Source: a virus
Lineage: Duplodnaviria > Caudoviricetes
IMG/VR virus record: IMGVR_UViG_3300033067_001074
Span: 1-37,149 of that record
Reading direction: 5' to 3' (one strand)
DNA length: 37,149 bases
Below are positions 16,004 through 25,634 of the stretch, piece by piece. Position 1 is the stretch's first letter; each line of letters opens with the position of its first letter. A program made the position numbers and the translations under genes. The notes under the pieces were generated by a model. It did not search any database and was not told the DNA's origin. It was given only the letters and a program-made list of their open reading frames with translations.

Positions 16004-16173
16004 TATTTGCCCCCATTCTTGCGCGCATAGAGTTCGGTGCACGCGTCGTTTACTTGATCGAGATACTTACCCTCGGCTTTTTCGTTTATGCCTTTCATGG
16101 CGCGGGCGGCCTCGCCAGCGTCTTTAATGATGTAGAGGAGTTCGGCTTCGGTCTTTTGGCTGTAGCGGGTCAT
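16003..16173 (-). CDS. Small hypothetical protein (MTRYSQKTEAELLYIIKDA...)
   Basis: RBS AGGAGA; ORF track. Confidence 0.65.
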   Translation of the reverse strand: MTRYSQKTEAELLYIIKDAGEAARAMKGINEKAEGKYLDQVNDACTELYARKNGGK

Positions 16174-16210
16174 TTGGCTATCTCCTAGTGGTGCGTTGTT
16201 GATGGCTCTC

Positions 16211-16276
16211 ACTATAAAGATGGACTAGCCAGAAATCCAATGAATAATAACTATCGGCCAAATAGCGCATGACTAT
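16211..16276 (-). promoter_or_regulatory. Leftward promoter with a full OxyR-type box
   Basis: ATGA-N7-CTAT-N7-ATAG-N7-CTAT at 16240-16276, abutting -35 TGGATT, 17 bp, -10 TATAGT. Confidence 0.6.
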
Positions 16277-16323
16277 CGAGTATTTATGTCCCCAAAACAG
16301 GCAGAAATAGGGACAGGCAGCCC

Positions 16324-16551
16324 ATGACTATCGAGGAATTCAGAAAGACAACCCCCAGCACCGAGACAGTGGAAACCCTCGTAAGCGTCTATCTCGACCG
16401 GCTAGAAAAGGGTGAATGCGAACCGGGAGACCAGCGGACGGCTGCGGTAGTGCTCGGGGAGGCGATCAGGCGGGCGCAGAACACCATCCAGGCGCAACGC
16501 AAGACGATAGATATCCTCGCCAACGGCCTAGACGCTGAGCGCAAGGGATGA
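16324..16551 (+). CDS. Hypothetical protein
   Basis: ORF track. Confidence 0.55.
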   Translation: MTIEEFRKTTPSTETVETLVSVYLDRLEKGECEPGDQRTAAVVLGEAIRRAQNTIQAQRKTIDILANGLDAERKG

Positions 16552-16629
16552 GGTACAGGGGCACAGTCCGAGAAGCTGCGGACCAGTGCGAGGAAATGAC
16601 AGAGATAACTAACAGGCTAATAGACAGGG

Positions 16630-17139
16630 ATGAGCGAAACGGCAGAAAAGCCTCGGGCAGAGAAAAAGAGATACCCGCGCCCGAACAGGCAAAAGCCAGC
16701 CGCACTCGTCCACAAGGAAAGCCTCCTAGAGCGCGTAGCTAATGGGGACTACCTCACAGACATAGCCCCCAGCATCGGCGTAACGACAGCAGCAGCCATC
16801 AGCAAAGTCCTAAGCCACGATCCCGAGTACATCGCTGCAAGACTCGCAGGAACAAAGGTAAGGCTAGAACAGCGAGAGAAGGAATTGGAGGCTGCGGACG
16901 ATAACGTTAAGGTCGCGCGCGCCCGCGAACTCCTGAGCCACGCGCGCTGGCGAGCTGAGCGTGAATTTCCAGAACACTGGGGCCAGCACAACCGCCTGAC
17001 GGTCGAACACTCGGGCGACCTGGGGGATAGGCTGAGACGCGCAAAAGAGCGCGTGATTGATGGTGCAGCGCAGGTAGTAAGCGATGACGCGGGGCAGCAA
17101 AACGCACTTTCCCTTAATAATCAAGGGGAAGACGGTTGA
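16630..17139 (+). CDS. terS: Terminase small subunit
   Basis: LLERVANG..LTDIA HTH; ARE....RWRAEREFPE.WG motif; lies upstream of terL. Confidence 0.7.
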   Translation: MSETAEKPRAEKKRYPRPNRQKPAALVHKESLLERVANGDYLTDIAPSIGVTTAAAISKVLSHDPEYIAARLAGTKVRLEQREKELEAADDNVKVARARELLSHARWRAEREFPEHWGQHNRLTVEHSGDLGDRLRRAKERVIDGAAQVVSDDAGQQNALSLNNQGEDG

Positions 17140-17387
17140 CATAATGCACCTAGTGCAAATATCGCTGTTTCCGCGCTACGGATTCATTCTCCCCGCAACA
17201 GTCTGATTATCCCCCTTCCCGGCTGCTCAGGATCGCGCAGGACGAACGCAGAGACGGCGGGGGACCCTACGGCCTAGGACGGCCAGCGAGCGCGGCTCGG
17301 GAAGCGTGGAGCCTCATGGCGGCGAACTGGAACGGGTAAGGGTAAGGGAGAGAGCGTGTCCCAAAAATTAAAAAAAATTTTCCCGAA

Positions 17388-17675
17388 ATGAAGCCTTGTT
17401 CTGTATGCGGTCGAGTTGAGTGTCGTGTGGTAGCGCACTCGTTTGCGACTAACGCGGCACCTAAACCGGTGATTCCTGCGACTAACGCCACGATTCCTGC
17501 GACTAACGCCACGATTCCTGCGACTAACGTTGCGACTACCGCGGTTGTCGTCATGAAGACGCTGAATCGTCGGGATCGTGTGGACTACAACGCCTACCAA
17601 CGGGAGTACATGAAGGTGTATCGAGCGGTGAAATCTGGAAGGGCTGAGTTCATCAACCAAGGAGATCGGAAATGA
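17388..17675 (+). CDS. Hypothetical protein with IPATNAT repeats and YNAYQREYM motif
   Basis: ORF track. Confidence 0.55.
   Translation: MKPCSVCGRVECRVVAHSFATNAAPKPVIPATNATIPATNATIPATNVATTAVVVMKTLNRRDRVDYNAYQREYMKVYRAVKSGRAEFINQGDRK
17444..17539. repeat. 21-bp tandem repeat (gattcctgcgactaacgccac, about 2.8 copies), five TGCGACTA cores in total
   Basis: Units at 17471, 17492, 17513; extra cores at 17444 and 17531. Confidence 0.9.
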
Positions 17676-17723
17676 AAAAGGGAAAGGGTAAGGGCGGTAA
17701 GAAGTGCTAGGTAGGGTCGGGTC

Positions 17724-19139
17724 GTGAGGAAGCAGGAAAGTGAGGAATTGCAGGAGGCTTGTGTCCGGTTTTCAAACGACCCGATTGGATTTGTGCGGTT
17801 CATGTTTGATTGGGGTCATGGGCAGTTGGAGGGGTGGGAGGGGCCGGATGTTTGGCACCAGGAGGTAGGGCAGGTAATCAAGGATTATCTCGATGGGCCT
17901 GACGAGCTTCCGCTTCAGATTGCGGTTGCTTCGGGTCACGGCGCGGCTAAGACGGCTTTTGTGGGTTGGTTGATTCACTGGTTCATGAGTTGTAGGCCTC
18001 ACCCGCAGGTTGTGTGTACTGCGAACACTGAAACCCAGTTGAACACGAAGACTTGGCGGGAGTTAGCCAAGTGGCACAAGCTGGCCTTGAATAAAGACTG
18101 GTTTGATTGGACTGCTACAAGTTATTACCTGAAGGCTCACCCTGAGACTTGGAAGGCGAATGCTATTCCGTGGAGTGAGAACAATACTGAGGCTTTTGCC
18201 GGTACACACGAAGAGAATGTTCTTGTGGTCTTTGATGAGGCGTCGAAGATCAGCGACAAGATTTGGGAAGTGACTGATGGTGTTTTAACGACGAAGAAGA
18301 ATATCTGGGTGGTGTTTGGGAACGGCACCCGGAACGTGGGTCGGTTTTACGATTGCTTTCACAAGCACAAGGACCGTTGGAAGACCTGGAACATAGATTC
18401 CAGAACTTGCAAGGCGGCGAATAAAGCCTATCTGGATCGGTTGGTCGAGTCCTACGGTGGAGAGGATTCAGACCAATCTCGGGTTCGTGTAAGGGGTTTG
18501 TTCCCTCGTACTGCTACTCGGCAGTTGATTTCCTCCGAAGCTGTAGAGAAGTGCCAGAAGACAGAAGCCGAAGGTTGGGAATATCTCCCAAAGGTCATGG
18601 GTGTTGATATCGCCCGCTTCGGTGAGAACTCTTCCACGATCTGCATTCGGCAGGGTCGGAAGGTCTTTCCTATTGAGGTTCTTCCCAAGCAGGACTTGAT
18701 GCAGACCGCCCATCGGGTTGCGGAAGCGATAAAGGAACACCGACCTATCCAGACCTTTGTAGACGGTTCGGGTATTGGTGCTGGTGTGGTGGACAGGCTC
18801 AGACAGCTTAACTTCAACGTAGTTGATGTGAACGGCGGTAACTCTTCTCTCAATCCACGCTTTCTTAACAAGCGGGCTGAGATGTGGTGGGAGTGCAAGG
18901 AGTTCATTGAATCTGGATGCGAACTCCCTCCCGACCAGAAGTTGAAAGACGAACTGACCTGTGTGGAGTACGACTACACGGACAAGGGTCGGATCAGGTT
19001 GGATAGAAAGACCGACATCATGGAGAAGTACGGTTTCTCTCCTGACAGGGCGGATGCATTGACGATGACCTTTGCATACCCTGTGGCTGACTTCACGGAT
19101 CAAGGGGTAGAGCTTGATCCCAAAATCTACGAGGACTAA
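17724..19139 (+). CDS. terL: Terminase large subunit
   Basis: Walker A SGHGAAKT, Walker B VVFDEAS, nuclease GVDIARFG...SPDRADAL. Confidence 0.95.
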   Translation: MRKQESEELQEACVRFSNDPIGFVRFMFDWGHGQLEGWEGPDVWHQEVGQVIKDYLDGPDELPLQIAVASGHGAAKTAFVGWLIHWFMSCRPHPQVVCTANTETQLNTKTWRELAKWHKLALNKDWFDWTATSYYLKAHPETWKANAIPWSENNTEAFAGTHEENVLVVFDEASKISDKIWEVTDGVLTTKKNIWVVFGNGTRNVGRFYDCFHKHKDRWKTWNIDSRTCKAANKAYLDRLVESYGGEDSDQSRVRVRGLFPRTATRQLISSEAVEKCQKTEAEGWEYLPKVMGVDIARFGENSSTICIRQGRKVFPIEVLPKQDLMQTAHRVAEAIKEHRPIQTFVDGSGIGAGVVDRLRQLNFNVVDVNGGNSSLNPRFLNKRAEMWWECKEFIESGCELPPDQKLKDELTCVEYDYTDKGRIRLDRKTDIMEKYGFSPDRADALTMTFAYPVADFTDQGVELDPKIYED

Positions 19140-19316
19140 ATGGCTGCTTCCAGAACAGAGGTGAACTTCAGGGAGATTGATCTGGCCGCTGAAGTTAAGA
19201 AGATTTGGGGTCCGAAGTGGAACGCGCCTGAACCTTCTTACGAGTTTTCCAACGGCAGGAAGTTTGAACTCCGCACGGAAGACGCTGCTATTTACGAGAC
19301 ATCGCCGGACTTCTAG
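19140..19316 (+). CDS. Small hypothetical protein (58 aa, MAASRTEVNFREID...YEFSNGRKF)
   Basis: Manual translation; fills the gap between terL and the next gene. Confidence 0.55.
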   Translation: MAASRTEVNFREIDLAAEVKKIWGPKWNAPEPSYEFSNGRKFELRTEDAAIYETSPDF

Positions 19317-19684
19317 TGATCCTTTATTCCGAGGGCGCTTCAAAAGCGCAGGAAGACGAAGCAGAACAGATCCTCGGAGCGTTGACGCTCGCCTATCCCG
19401 GACATCCGTGGGCGGTGCGGGTCTATGACGGCGGATTCTTCATTCGTCATTTGGATTTCCCGGCTAACTGGGGGATGAACTGCAAAGCCGCGAAGGTTGA
19501 TTGGTCCGCTTCTTACATGAAGCGCGAAATCATCATGAAGGCCGGGGAGTGGTTGGAGAGGGCAAACCTCAAAAGGGGACGGGCTAACGGGGACGAGATT
19601 CAGAGAGTCGAGGGAGTACCGGAACAGTATCAGCCCAATCAAAAAATCATCTTGACCGAGACAAAAGAACAAAAAGATGGCTGA
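19316..19684 (+). CDS. Conserved phage protein (YPGHPWAV...AGEWLERA)
   Basis: ORF track; located between terL and portal. Confidence 0.7.
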   Translation: MILYSEGASKAQEDEAEQILGALTLAYPGHPWAVRVYDGGFFIRHLDFPANWGMNCKAAKVDWSASYMKREIIMKAGEWLERANLKRGRANGDEIQRVEGVPEQYQPNQKIILTETKEQKDG

Positions 19685-22007
19685 TTACCTGAAGCTCGCT
19701 CAAGAGGCGTTTGAATCGTCCTCTTCGTTTCTGGACGCTAACTATCGTTCTGATTGGGAGTATTCCCTCAAAGCCTTTCGTAACGAACACGCATCAGGGT
19801 CTAAGTATGTAGACGAGGCATACAAGTCCCGTTCGCGTCTGTTCCGTCCCAAGACCCGTTCGATCATCCGCAAGAACGAAGCCGCTGCTGCTGTGGCTCT
19901 TTTCTCAAGCACGGATGTCGTAAACATCCAGCCTGGTAATCCTGACGATGTGATGTCGGTTGCTTCTGCTGCCGCGATGAAGGAAGTCATGGAGTACCGT
20001 CTTACCAAGACGATTCCTTCGTTCCAGATTTGCATGGGTGGTGTTCAGGACGCCCAGACTGTAGGTGTGGTGTGTTCCTATCAGTATTGGGAGTACGAAG
20101 AGAGAGACGGGAAGAAGATCAAGGATCAGCCGTGTATCGAACTGCGCCCCATCGAGAACATAAGACTAGATGCCGGTGCATCATGGCTAGATCCGGTGCA
20201 GACGAGTCCGTACTTCTGCGACATCATCCCTATGTATGTCGCGGATGTTCGTTCCATGATGGAATCGGAAGATCCGAAGACCGGAAAACCCAAGTGGAAG
20301 AAACTGGACGACGAGGTTATCGCCAAAGCCCGCCCAGAGACTATTGACGGGGTTCGTAAAGCTAGATTGGGTAAGGCGCAAGACCCGCATCAGGAAGAAA
20401 ACGCAATCAAGGAATTCGACACCGTTTGGGTCATGCGGTGGTTCATCAAGGTAGATGGTCGGGATATGACCTTCTACACGATGGGAACTGAGGATCTTCT
20501 TACCGATCCCGTTCCCATTGAAGAGGTCTACTTCCACGGCAAGCGTCCGTACGTTATTGGGTACGCTGTTCTTGAGACTCACAAGGCTCTCAAGACTGGT
20601 ATCCCGATGCTGGTCAAACCGCTCCAGCAAGAGACGAACGAGATTGCCAACCAGAGGATTGATAACGTCAAGTTCGTTCTGAACAAGCGTTGGTTGGTTG
20701 CGCGTGGAAGACAGGTAGATGTCAATTCGCTTGTCCGAAATGTCCCCGGTGGTGTGACGCTCACCACCGACCCGAATACCGACATCAAGGAATCGAATTG
20801 GCCTGATGTCACTTCGTCTGCTTATGTAGAACAGGACCGCATCAATTCAGACCTTGATGAATTGGCGGGGAACTTCTCTCCGTCTACGAAGGTAGCGAAC
20901 AATGCGGTGAACGACACGCTTGGTGGTTCGCGTCTCGCCTCTCAAGGGGCGGGGATGATGACCGACTACCTGCTCAAAACGATCATTGAGACTTGGTGGG
21001 AGCCGGTTCTTAGACAAGTAATCCTGCTTGAGCAGTATTACGAGACGGATGATGTGATTCTTGGTATCTGCGCCCAGAAAGCGCGTCTTTTCCCGAAGTT
21101 CGGGCTTTCCAGAATCACGGACGACCTCCTGATGAAAGAGGTCAACCTTTCCGTGAACGTAGGTATGGGGTCTTCAAACCCCGAAGCCAAGCTCCAGAAG
21201 TTCCTGATGGCTACGAACGCTGCGATTCAGATTCGTCTGCAAGCCCCGCCTGGAGCCAACGTCGAGGAAATGACGAAGGAAATCTACTCGCACGCCGGGT
21301 ACAGGGATGGGACGCGGTTCTTCTCTAACCAGCAAGACCCGAGGTTGATGAAGGCCATGCAGATGATCCAACAACTGCAATCCGCCGTTCAGGGCAAGCA
21401 GATGGAACTCCATGCCAACGCGCAGATTGAAGCTGCGAAACTTCAATCTAACGAAAGAATCAAGGGTGCCGAGATTCAGGTAAACGCCCAGAGAATCCAA
21501 GGAGAACTGAGGATCAAGGAGGCCGACCTTGCTATCAAGGCGCAAGAACTTGAACTGGAGAAACTAAAAGTTCAGTACGAAGCCCAGTCTTCTGACGCGG
21601 AAGCAAGAGCGCAGACGCAGATGAAGATGATCGAGATTCAGGCGAGCATCGAAGAGGGCCAGAGAAAGATCGAGCATGAGCGAATGAAACTGGCGGCAGA
21701 GATTGCGGCTGACAGAGAGGCGGCTGCGAGGGAAGTGCAGAAACTTGCAGATGAGCATTCGTTCAGGATGAGGGAGCTTCAGGGTTCCTTGATGGTGGAG
21801 GCGGCTAAACAGTCCGCCACTGCCAAGCAGGAAGAGAAGAACGAGAAGAAGAAAAGAGAGTCCGAAACCGCTATGGCTGTTCAGACCAGCCAACAGGAGT
21901 TCATCAAGAGCATTCAGCCCTTGATTGAATCCATTTCGGGGAAGAAAACAATCAGCATGACCTTGCCGGATGGTCGCAAGGCAAGTGCTGAAGTAAGCCC
22001 GCAATAA
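19677..22007 (+). CDS. Portal protein (P22-like, long coiled-coil C-terminus)
   Basis: 776 aa after terL; PLQQETNEIANQRIDNV; Q/E-rich barrel-type tail. Confidence 0.85.
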   Translation: MADYLKLAQEAFESSSSFLDANYRSDWEYSLKAFRNEHASGSKYVDEAYKSRSRLFRPKTRSIIRKNEAAAAVALFSSTDVVNIQPGNPDDVMSVASAAAMKEVMEYRLTKTIPSFQICMGGVQDAQTVGVVCSYQYWEYEERDGKKIKDQPCIELRPIENIRLDAGASWLDPVQTSPYFCDIIPMYVADVRSMMESEDPKTGKPKWKKLDDEVIAKARPETIDGVRKARLGKAQDPHQEENAIKEFDTVWVMRWFIKVDGRDMTFYTMGTEDLLTDPVPIEEVYFHGKRPYVIGYAVLETHKALKTGIPMLVKPLQQETNEIANQRIDNVKFVLNKRWLVARGRQVDVNSLVRNVPGGVTLTTDPNTDIKESNWPDVTSSAYVEQDRINSDLDELAGNFSPSTKVANNAVNDTLGGSRLASQGAGMMTDYLLKTIIETWWEPVLRQVILLEQYYETDDVILGICAQKARLFPKFGLSRITDDLLMKEVNLSVNVGMGSSNPEAKLQKFLMATNAAIQIRLQAPPGANVEEMTKEIYSHAGYRDGTRFFSNQQDPRLMKAMQMIQQLQSAVQGKQMELHANAQIEAAKLQSNERIKGAEIQVNAQRIQGELRIKEADLAIKAQELELEKLKVQYEAQSSDAEARAQTQMKMIEIQASIEEGQRKIEHERMKLAAEIAADREAAAREVQKLADEHSFRMRELQGSLMVEAAKQSATAKQEEKNEKKKRESETAMAVQTSQQEFIKSIQPLIESISGKKTISMTLPDGRKASAEVSPQ

Positions 22008-22024
22008 CCGAGGGATAGTAAAAA

Positions 22025-22456
22025 ATGCCTAAGTCCACCGCTACCTGCAACAGCATCGTTAACCTGATGTACCGTGCTACGGCGTGGTCAAACGTCGCGG
22101 ACAACGCTTCATCGTCTCCGCTGGCCAATACCTACGTTTCCCTGCACACCGCGTCTCCTGGTACTGGTGATGACCAGACCACCAACGAGACCGCGTACAC
22201 GAACTATGCTCGCGTTGCGGTTGCCCGTTCTACGGGTTGGGACGCTGCCTCTGGTGGTGCTACTGCAAATTCCGCGACGATCAGTTTTGCTCAGTGCGGT
22301 GTTACTGGCGCGACTCTTACTCACGTTGCCGTGGGTACTGCTTCTACCCTTGCTGGTCACGTTTGGCACCAAGGGGCCTTGAATAGCTCGCTTGCTGTTT
22401 CCTCTGGTATTACCCCGCAGTTCGCTGCCGGTGCGCTGACGGTCACGGAGTCGTGA
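22025..22456 (+). CDS. Virion structural protein (YVSLHTASPG...YARVAV family)
   Basis: Motif of a phage fibre/decoration protein family. Confidence 0.7.
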   Translation: MPKSTATCNSIVNLMYRATAWSNVADNASSSPLANTYVSLHTASPGTGDDQTTNETAYTNYARVAVARSTGWDAASGGATANSATISFAQCGVTGATLTHVAVGTASTLAGHVWHQGALNSSLAVSSGITPQFAAGALTVTES

Positions 22457-22719
22457 TGGATGCTCGCTCGCCCGCCGAGAAGTTCCTGTGGGAGAAGCTC
22501 GGCCCGCCGCTCTACTACTGCGCCGAGTGTTTGCTCGCCGTGAAGGTTACGCCCGTCGAGGGCGGCGAGCCCGTGGTCGAGAGGAAGTGCGACCACACCG
22601 GCCAGATCATCGCACCGCGCAAGGCCGTCTGCGTCGGCAAGGGCGGCATGAGCCTGCCGGTGAAGGCACGCGTGGCATATGGCAAGGCCAAGGCCGCGAT
22701 CACCGGGAGGTGCGCGTGA
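22453..22719 (+). CDS. Small Cys-containing protein
   Basis: ORF track; GTGA overlaps; start of the high-GC block. Confidence 0.6.
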   Translation: MMDARSPAEKFLWEKLGPPLYYCAECLLAVKVTPVEGGEPVVERKCDHTGQIIAPRKAVCVGKGGMSLPVKARVAYGKAKAAITGRCA

Positions 22720-23585
22720 CGATCTACAACGTCGGCGACTTGGTGGATGCCGAGCTCGAGGGGCGCGTTCGCACCTACGAGTGGGTGAAGAACGTCACCC
22801 AGACGACCACCGCCGGCATCTGGTACGACCTCACCGGCGCCTCCGGCAACCCGAAGGCGAAGCAGTGGTTCGACGCCGCGCCGCTCACCGCGCAGCAGAT
22901 CAAGCAGTCGACCGACGGCGGCATCTTCCACGGCGGCGGGGTGGAGTCGAGCGGCTACCAGAAGTACATCCGGTTCATGCGTGCGGCGTGCGCTTCGGCG
23001 ACGCCGCTGCCCATGACGCTGATGCTCTGCGACTACCTCCTGTACTACCCCAGCGTCGAGGACGGCAACACCGACCCGCAAGTCATGGACAACACGCTCG
23101 CGCTGCCGCGCTACACCGACGGCGACGGCGTGCAGATGATGGCGGTTACGATCTCTTCGCGTACGGGCGGCCAGACCTTCACGGTCAACTACACCAACCA
23201 GGACGGCGTCGCCGGGCGTACCTCGGCCACCGTCAGGCAGAACGCGATCGCGGCCCCGGGGTCCATCACCACATCGCAGACCGCGACCGCCGGCACCACG
23301 CCCGGGCCGTTCATCCCGCTGGCGGACGGCGATACCGGCGTGCGCGCGATCGAGTCGGTCACGATGAATGGTGCCGACACGGGGTTCTTTGCGCTCGTGC
23401 TGGTGAGGCCGCTTGCGACCATCGAGATCCGCGGCATCGACGCGCCGTACGACAAGGATTTCCTGCTCTTCGCGAGCGAGATGGAGCGCGTGCAGGACGA
23501 CGCCTACCTCTCGCTCCTCGCGCTTCCGAACGGGTCGCTCTCCGGCGTTGCCGTGCGCGGCAACCTGAAAGTGATCTGGAACTAG
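22716..23585 (+). CDS. Putative virion decoration protein, paralog A
   Basis: LPRYTDGDGVQ...YTNQDG..GR...PLADGDTGVRAIESV. Confidence 0.7.
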   Translation: MTIYNVGDLVDAELEGRVRTYEWVKNVTQTTTAGIWYDLTGASGNPKAKQWFDAAPLTAQQIKQSTDGGIFHGGGVESSGYQKYIRFMRAACASATPLPMTLMLCDYLLYYPSVEDGNTDPQVMDNTLALPRYTDGDGVQMMAVTISSRTGGQTFTVNYTNQDGVAGRTSATVRQNAIAAPGSITTSQTATAGTTPGPFIPLADGDTGVRAIESVTMNGADTGFFALVLVRPLATIEIRGIDAPYDKDFLLFASEMERVQDDAYLSLLALPNGSLSGVAVRGNLKVIWN

Positions 23586-23595
23586 GAGATTCACC

Positions 23596-24768
23596 ATGCC
23601 GGGATTTACCTCGAACGACCAGATCATCCAAGCTATCGCCAACGGCCAGACGTGGCGCACGAACTGGGGCAAGAACTTCAACCCGACCGCGGCGGCCGTG
23701 GCGAACGAGTGGCATACGCTCTTTCGCGGCGCGGGCAACCCCGGCGCGGATGCGATCTTCAACGCCGGCACCGCGCTCACGTTCCAGCCGGTGAAGGACA
23801 CCACCACCAGCGCGGCCAGCATGCCGCATGGCGGCGCGGTGCAGCCGACGTACTACAAGTACCTGCTCTCCGGGGCGGCGGTGTCGGCGGCGGCGACGGT
23901 GGTGCCGGGTACACTCGCGCTGGTGGACGTGATCGGCTTCTACCGCTTGACCGCGGTGACGACCACGACCGCGCAGGCCACGACCAACACGCTCGGGCAG
24001 TCGGACACCTTCACGGCCGACGCCTCGACCGACACGATCACCTTCACCAGCACGGCCAACTTCCCGTCGAACCTCCTCACCGGCACGCGCTGCCGCCTGA
24101 CCACGACCACGACGCTGCCCGGCGGCCTCGCCACGGCGACGGACTACTACTACATCCGCTCGACCGACTCGACGGGCAAGTTCGCCACCAGCTACGCCAA
24201 CGCCATCGCGGGCACTGCCATCAACATCACCGACGCGGGCACCGGCACGCACACCATGACGTGGCTGCTCCCGCGCTACACCAACGGCGCGGGCGTGCAG
24301 GCGATCTTCTTCAACTCCAACGCGACCGCAATGGGCGCGGCGACGCCGAACCTCTCGCTCGGCTACACGAACAGCGCGCAGGCCACCTCGCGCGCAACGC
24401 CGACCGTGCTGCCGATCGGCAAGAGCGCGGCCTCGAACTCGCACATCCTGTACACGGGCGCGACGGGCACGGGCAAGTACAACTACACCACCCCGCTGCA
24501 GGCGGGCGACGCGGGCATCGCCGAGGTCAACACGATCCAGAACTCGGTCAGCTACGTCTCGGGCGAGTACTCGGTGGCGCTGATCCGTGAACTCGCGCAG
24601 TTCCCGCTCTCGACGCTGGGCCTCATGGCCGAGCAGAACTTCCTGTACGGCCTGCCGAGCCTGCCGCGCGTGTACGACGGTGCGGCGCTCTACTGGCTGT
24701 GGGGCTCCGGCGTGGCGACGCCGGCCTCGAGCGCGTTCTCGGGCTACCTGAACTTCGTCTGGAACTGA
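23596..24768 (+). CDS. Putative virion decoration protein, paralog B (Thr-rich insertion)
   Basis: LPRYTNGAGVQ...YTNSAQ..SR...PLQAGDAGIAEV; RBS AGGAGA. Confidence 0.75.
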   Translation: MPGFTSNDQIIQAIANGQTWRTNWGKNFNPTAAAVANEWHTLFRGAGNPGADAIFNAGTALTFQPVKDTTTSAASMPHGGAVQPTYYKYLLSGAAVSAAATVVPGTLALVDVIGFYRLTAVTTTTAQATTNTLGQSDTFTADASTDTITFTSTANFPSNLLTGTRCRLTTTTTLPGGLATATDYYYIRSTDSTGKFATSYANAIAGTAINITDAGTGTHTMTWLLPRYTNGAGVQAIFFNSNATAMGAATPNLSLGYTNSAQATSRATPTVLPIGKSAASNSHILYTGATGTGKYNYTTPLQAGDAGIAEVNTIQNSVSYVSGEYSVALIRELAQFPLSTLGLMAEQNFLYGLPSLPRVYDGAALYWLWGSGVATPASSAFSGYLNFVWN

Positions 24769-25634
24769 TGATCCTAGCGAACTACGCGCAGCAGAACCGC
24801 AACACCGTGCGCGAGCTGGGGGTGGCGTTCACGAACCCGCTCGCGCAGGTGAAGCCGGCGCACGTCCAGTCGTTCTACGTGGCCGACGACACCGACGCTG
24901 ACCGGCTGACGCTGCGCGGCAAGACGGCATGGCCGAACGGTTACCGCAACGAGTATGCATGGTCGCAGGCCCCGAAGGCAGGCGGGATTGCCAGCACGCT
25001 GCATGTACGCGGCGCCGGCAGCGTGTCGGACGCGGAGGCATGGGCCGTCAAGCTCGCCGCGGCTGCCATTTCCGGCTCGGGCGACCTCACTGCCACCGGT
25101 AGCCTGATCGTCCAGCTCGTCGCCGCCGTCACCGGCAGTGGCACGGTCAGCGGCGCCGACATCAAGGCGTTCTTGCAACTTTCCGCAGCACTTAGCGGGA
25201 GTGGCGTTGCTGCCGGAACCGCAACAGGATTGGGGGCGCTGATTGCCGCCCTTACTGGATCTTCAAGCCTTAGCCCAACGCTCACTGGTACGGGAGCGAT
25301 GGCGGCTGATCTTGTCGTAACCGGAACCGGGCTTACCACGGCAAACGTTGGCGAGGCCGTGTGGTCTGCAATCGCTTCCAGTAACAACACAACCGGCACG
25401 ATGGGGGAGAAGTTGAACGATGCCGGTAGCGCGTCCAACCCTTGGACTGAGGTAATTGAGTCTGGGTACACCGCAGCCGAAATCCTGAAACTTTTGGCTG
25501 CTGTTGCTCAAGGCGATGCAAGCGGGTTGGAGGGATCTTCCCCGGTGTTCAAGTCCATTGACGGGCTTACGGACAGGATCACCGCAACTTATTCCAGCGG
25601 GACGCGCACTGTCACCGGGCGCAATGCAACGTGA
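24768..25634 (+). CDS. Gly/Ala/Ser-rich virion fibre-like protein
   Basis: Repeated A(I/L)SGSG motifs; C-terminal VFKSIDG.TDRITAT...G.RT. Confidence 0.7.
   Translation: MILANYAQQNRNTVRELGVAFTNPLAQVKPAHVQSFYVADDTDADRLTLRGKTAWPNGYRNEYAWSQAPKAGGIASTLHVRGAGSVSDAEAWAVKLAAAAISGSGDLTATGSLIVQLVAAVTGSGTVSGADIKAFLQLSAALSGSGVAAGTATGLGALIAALTGSSSLSPTLTGTGAMAADLVVTGTGLTTANVGEAVWSAIASSNNTTGTMGEKLNDAGSASNPWTEVIESGYTAAEILKLLAAVAQGDASGLEGSSPVFKSIDGLTDRITATYSSGTRTVTGRNAT

Noticed and set aside
17444-17539. 21-bp repeats as CRISPR, attC (CTAAC) or replication iterons
   Set aside because: No spacers, no L/R' partner boxes, and far from the replication gene.
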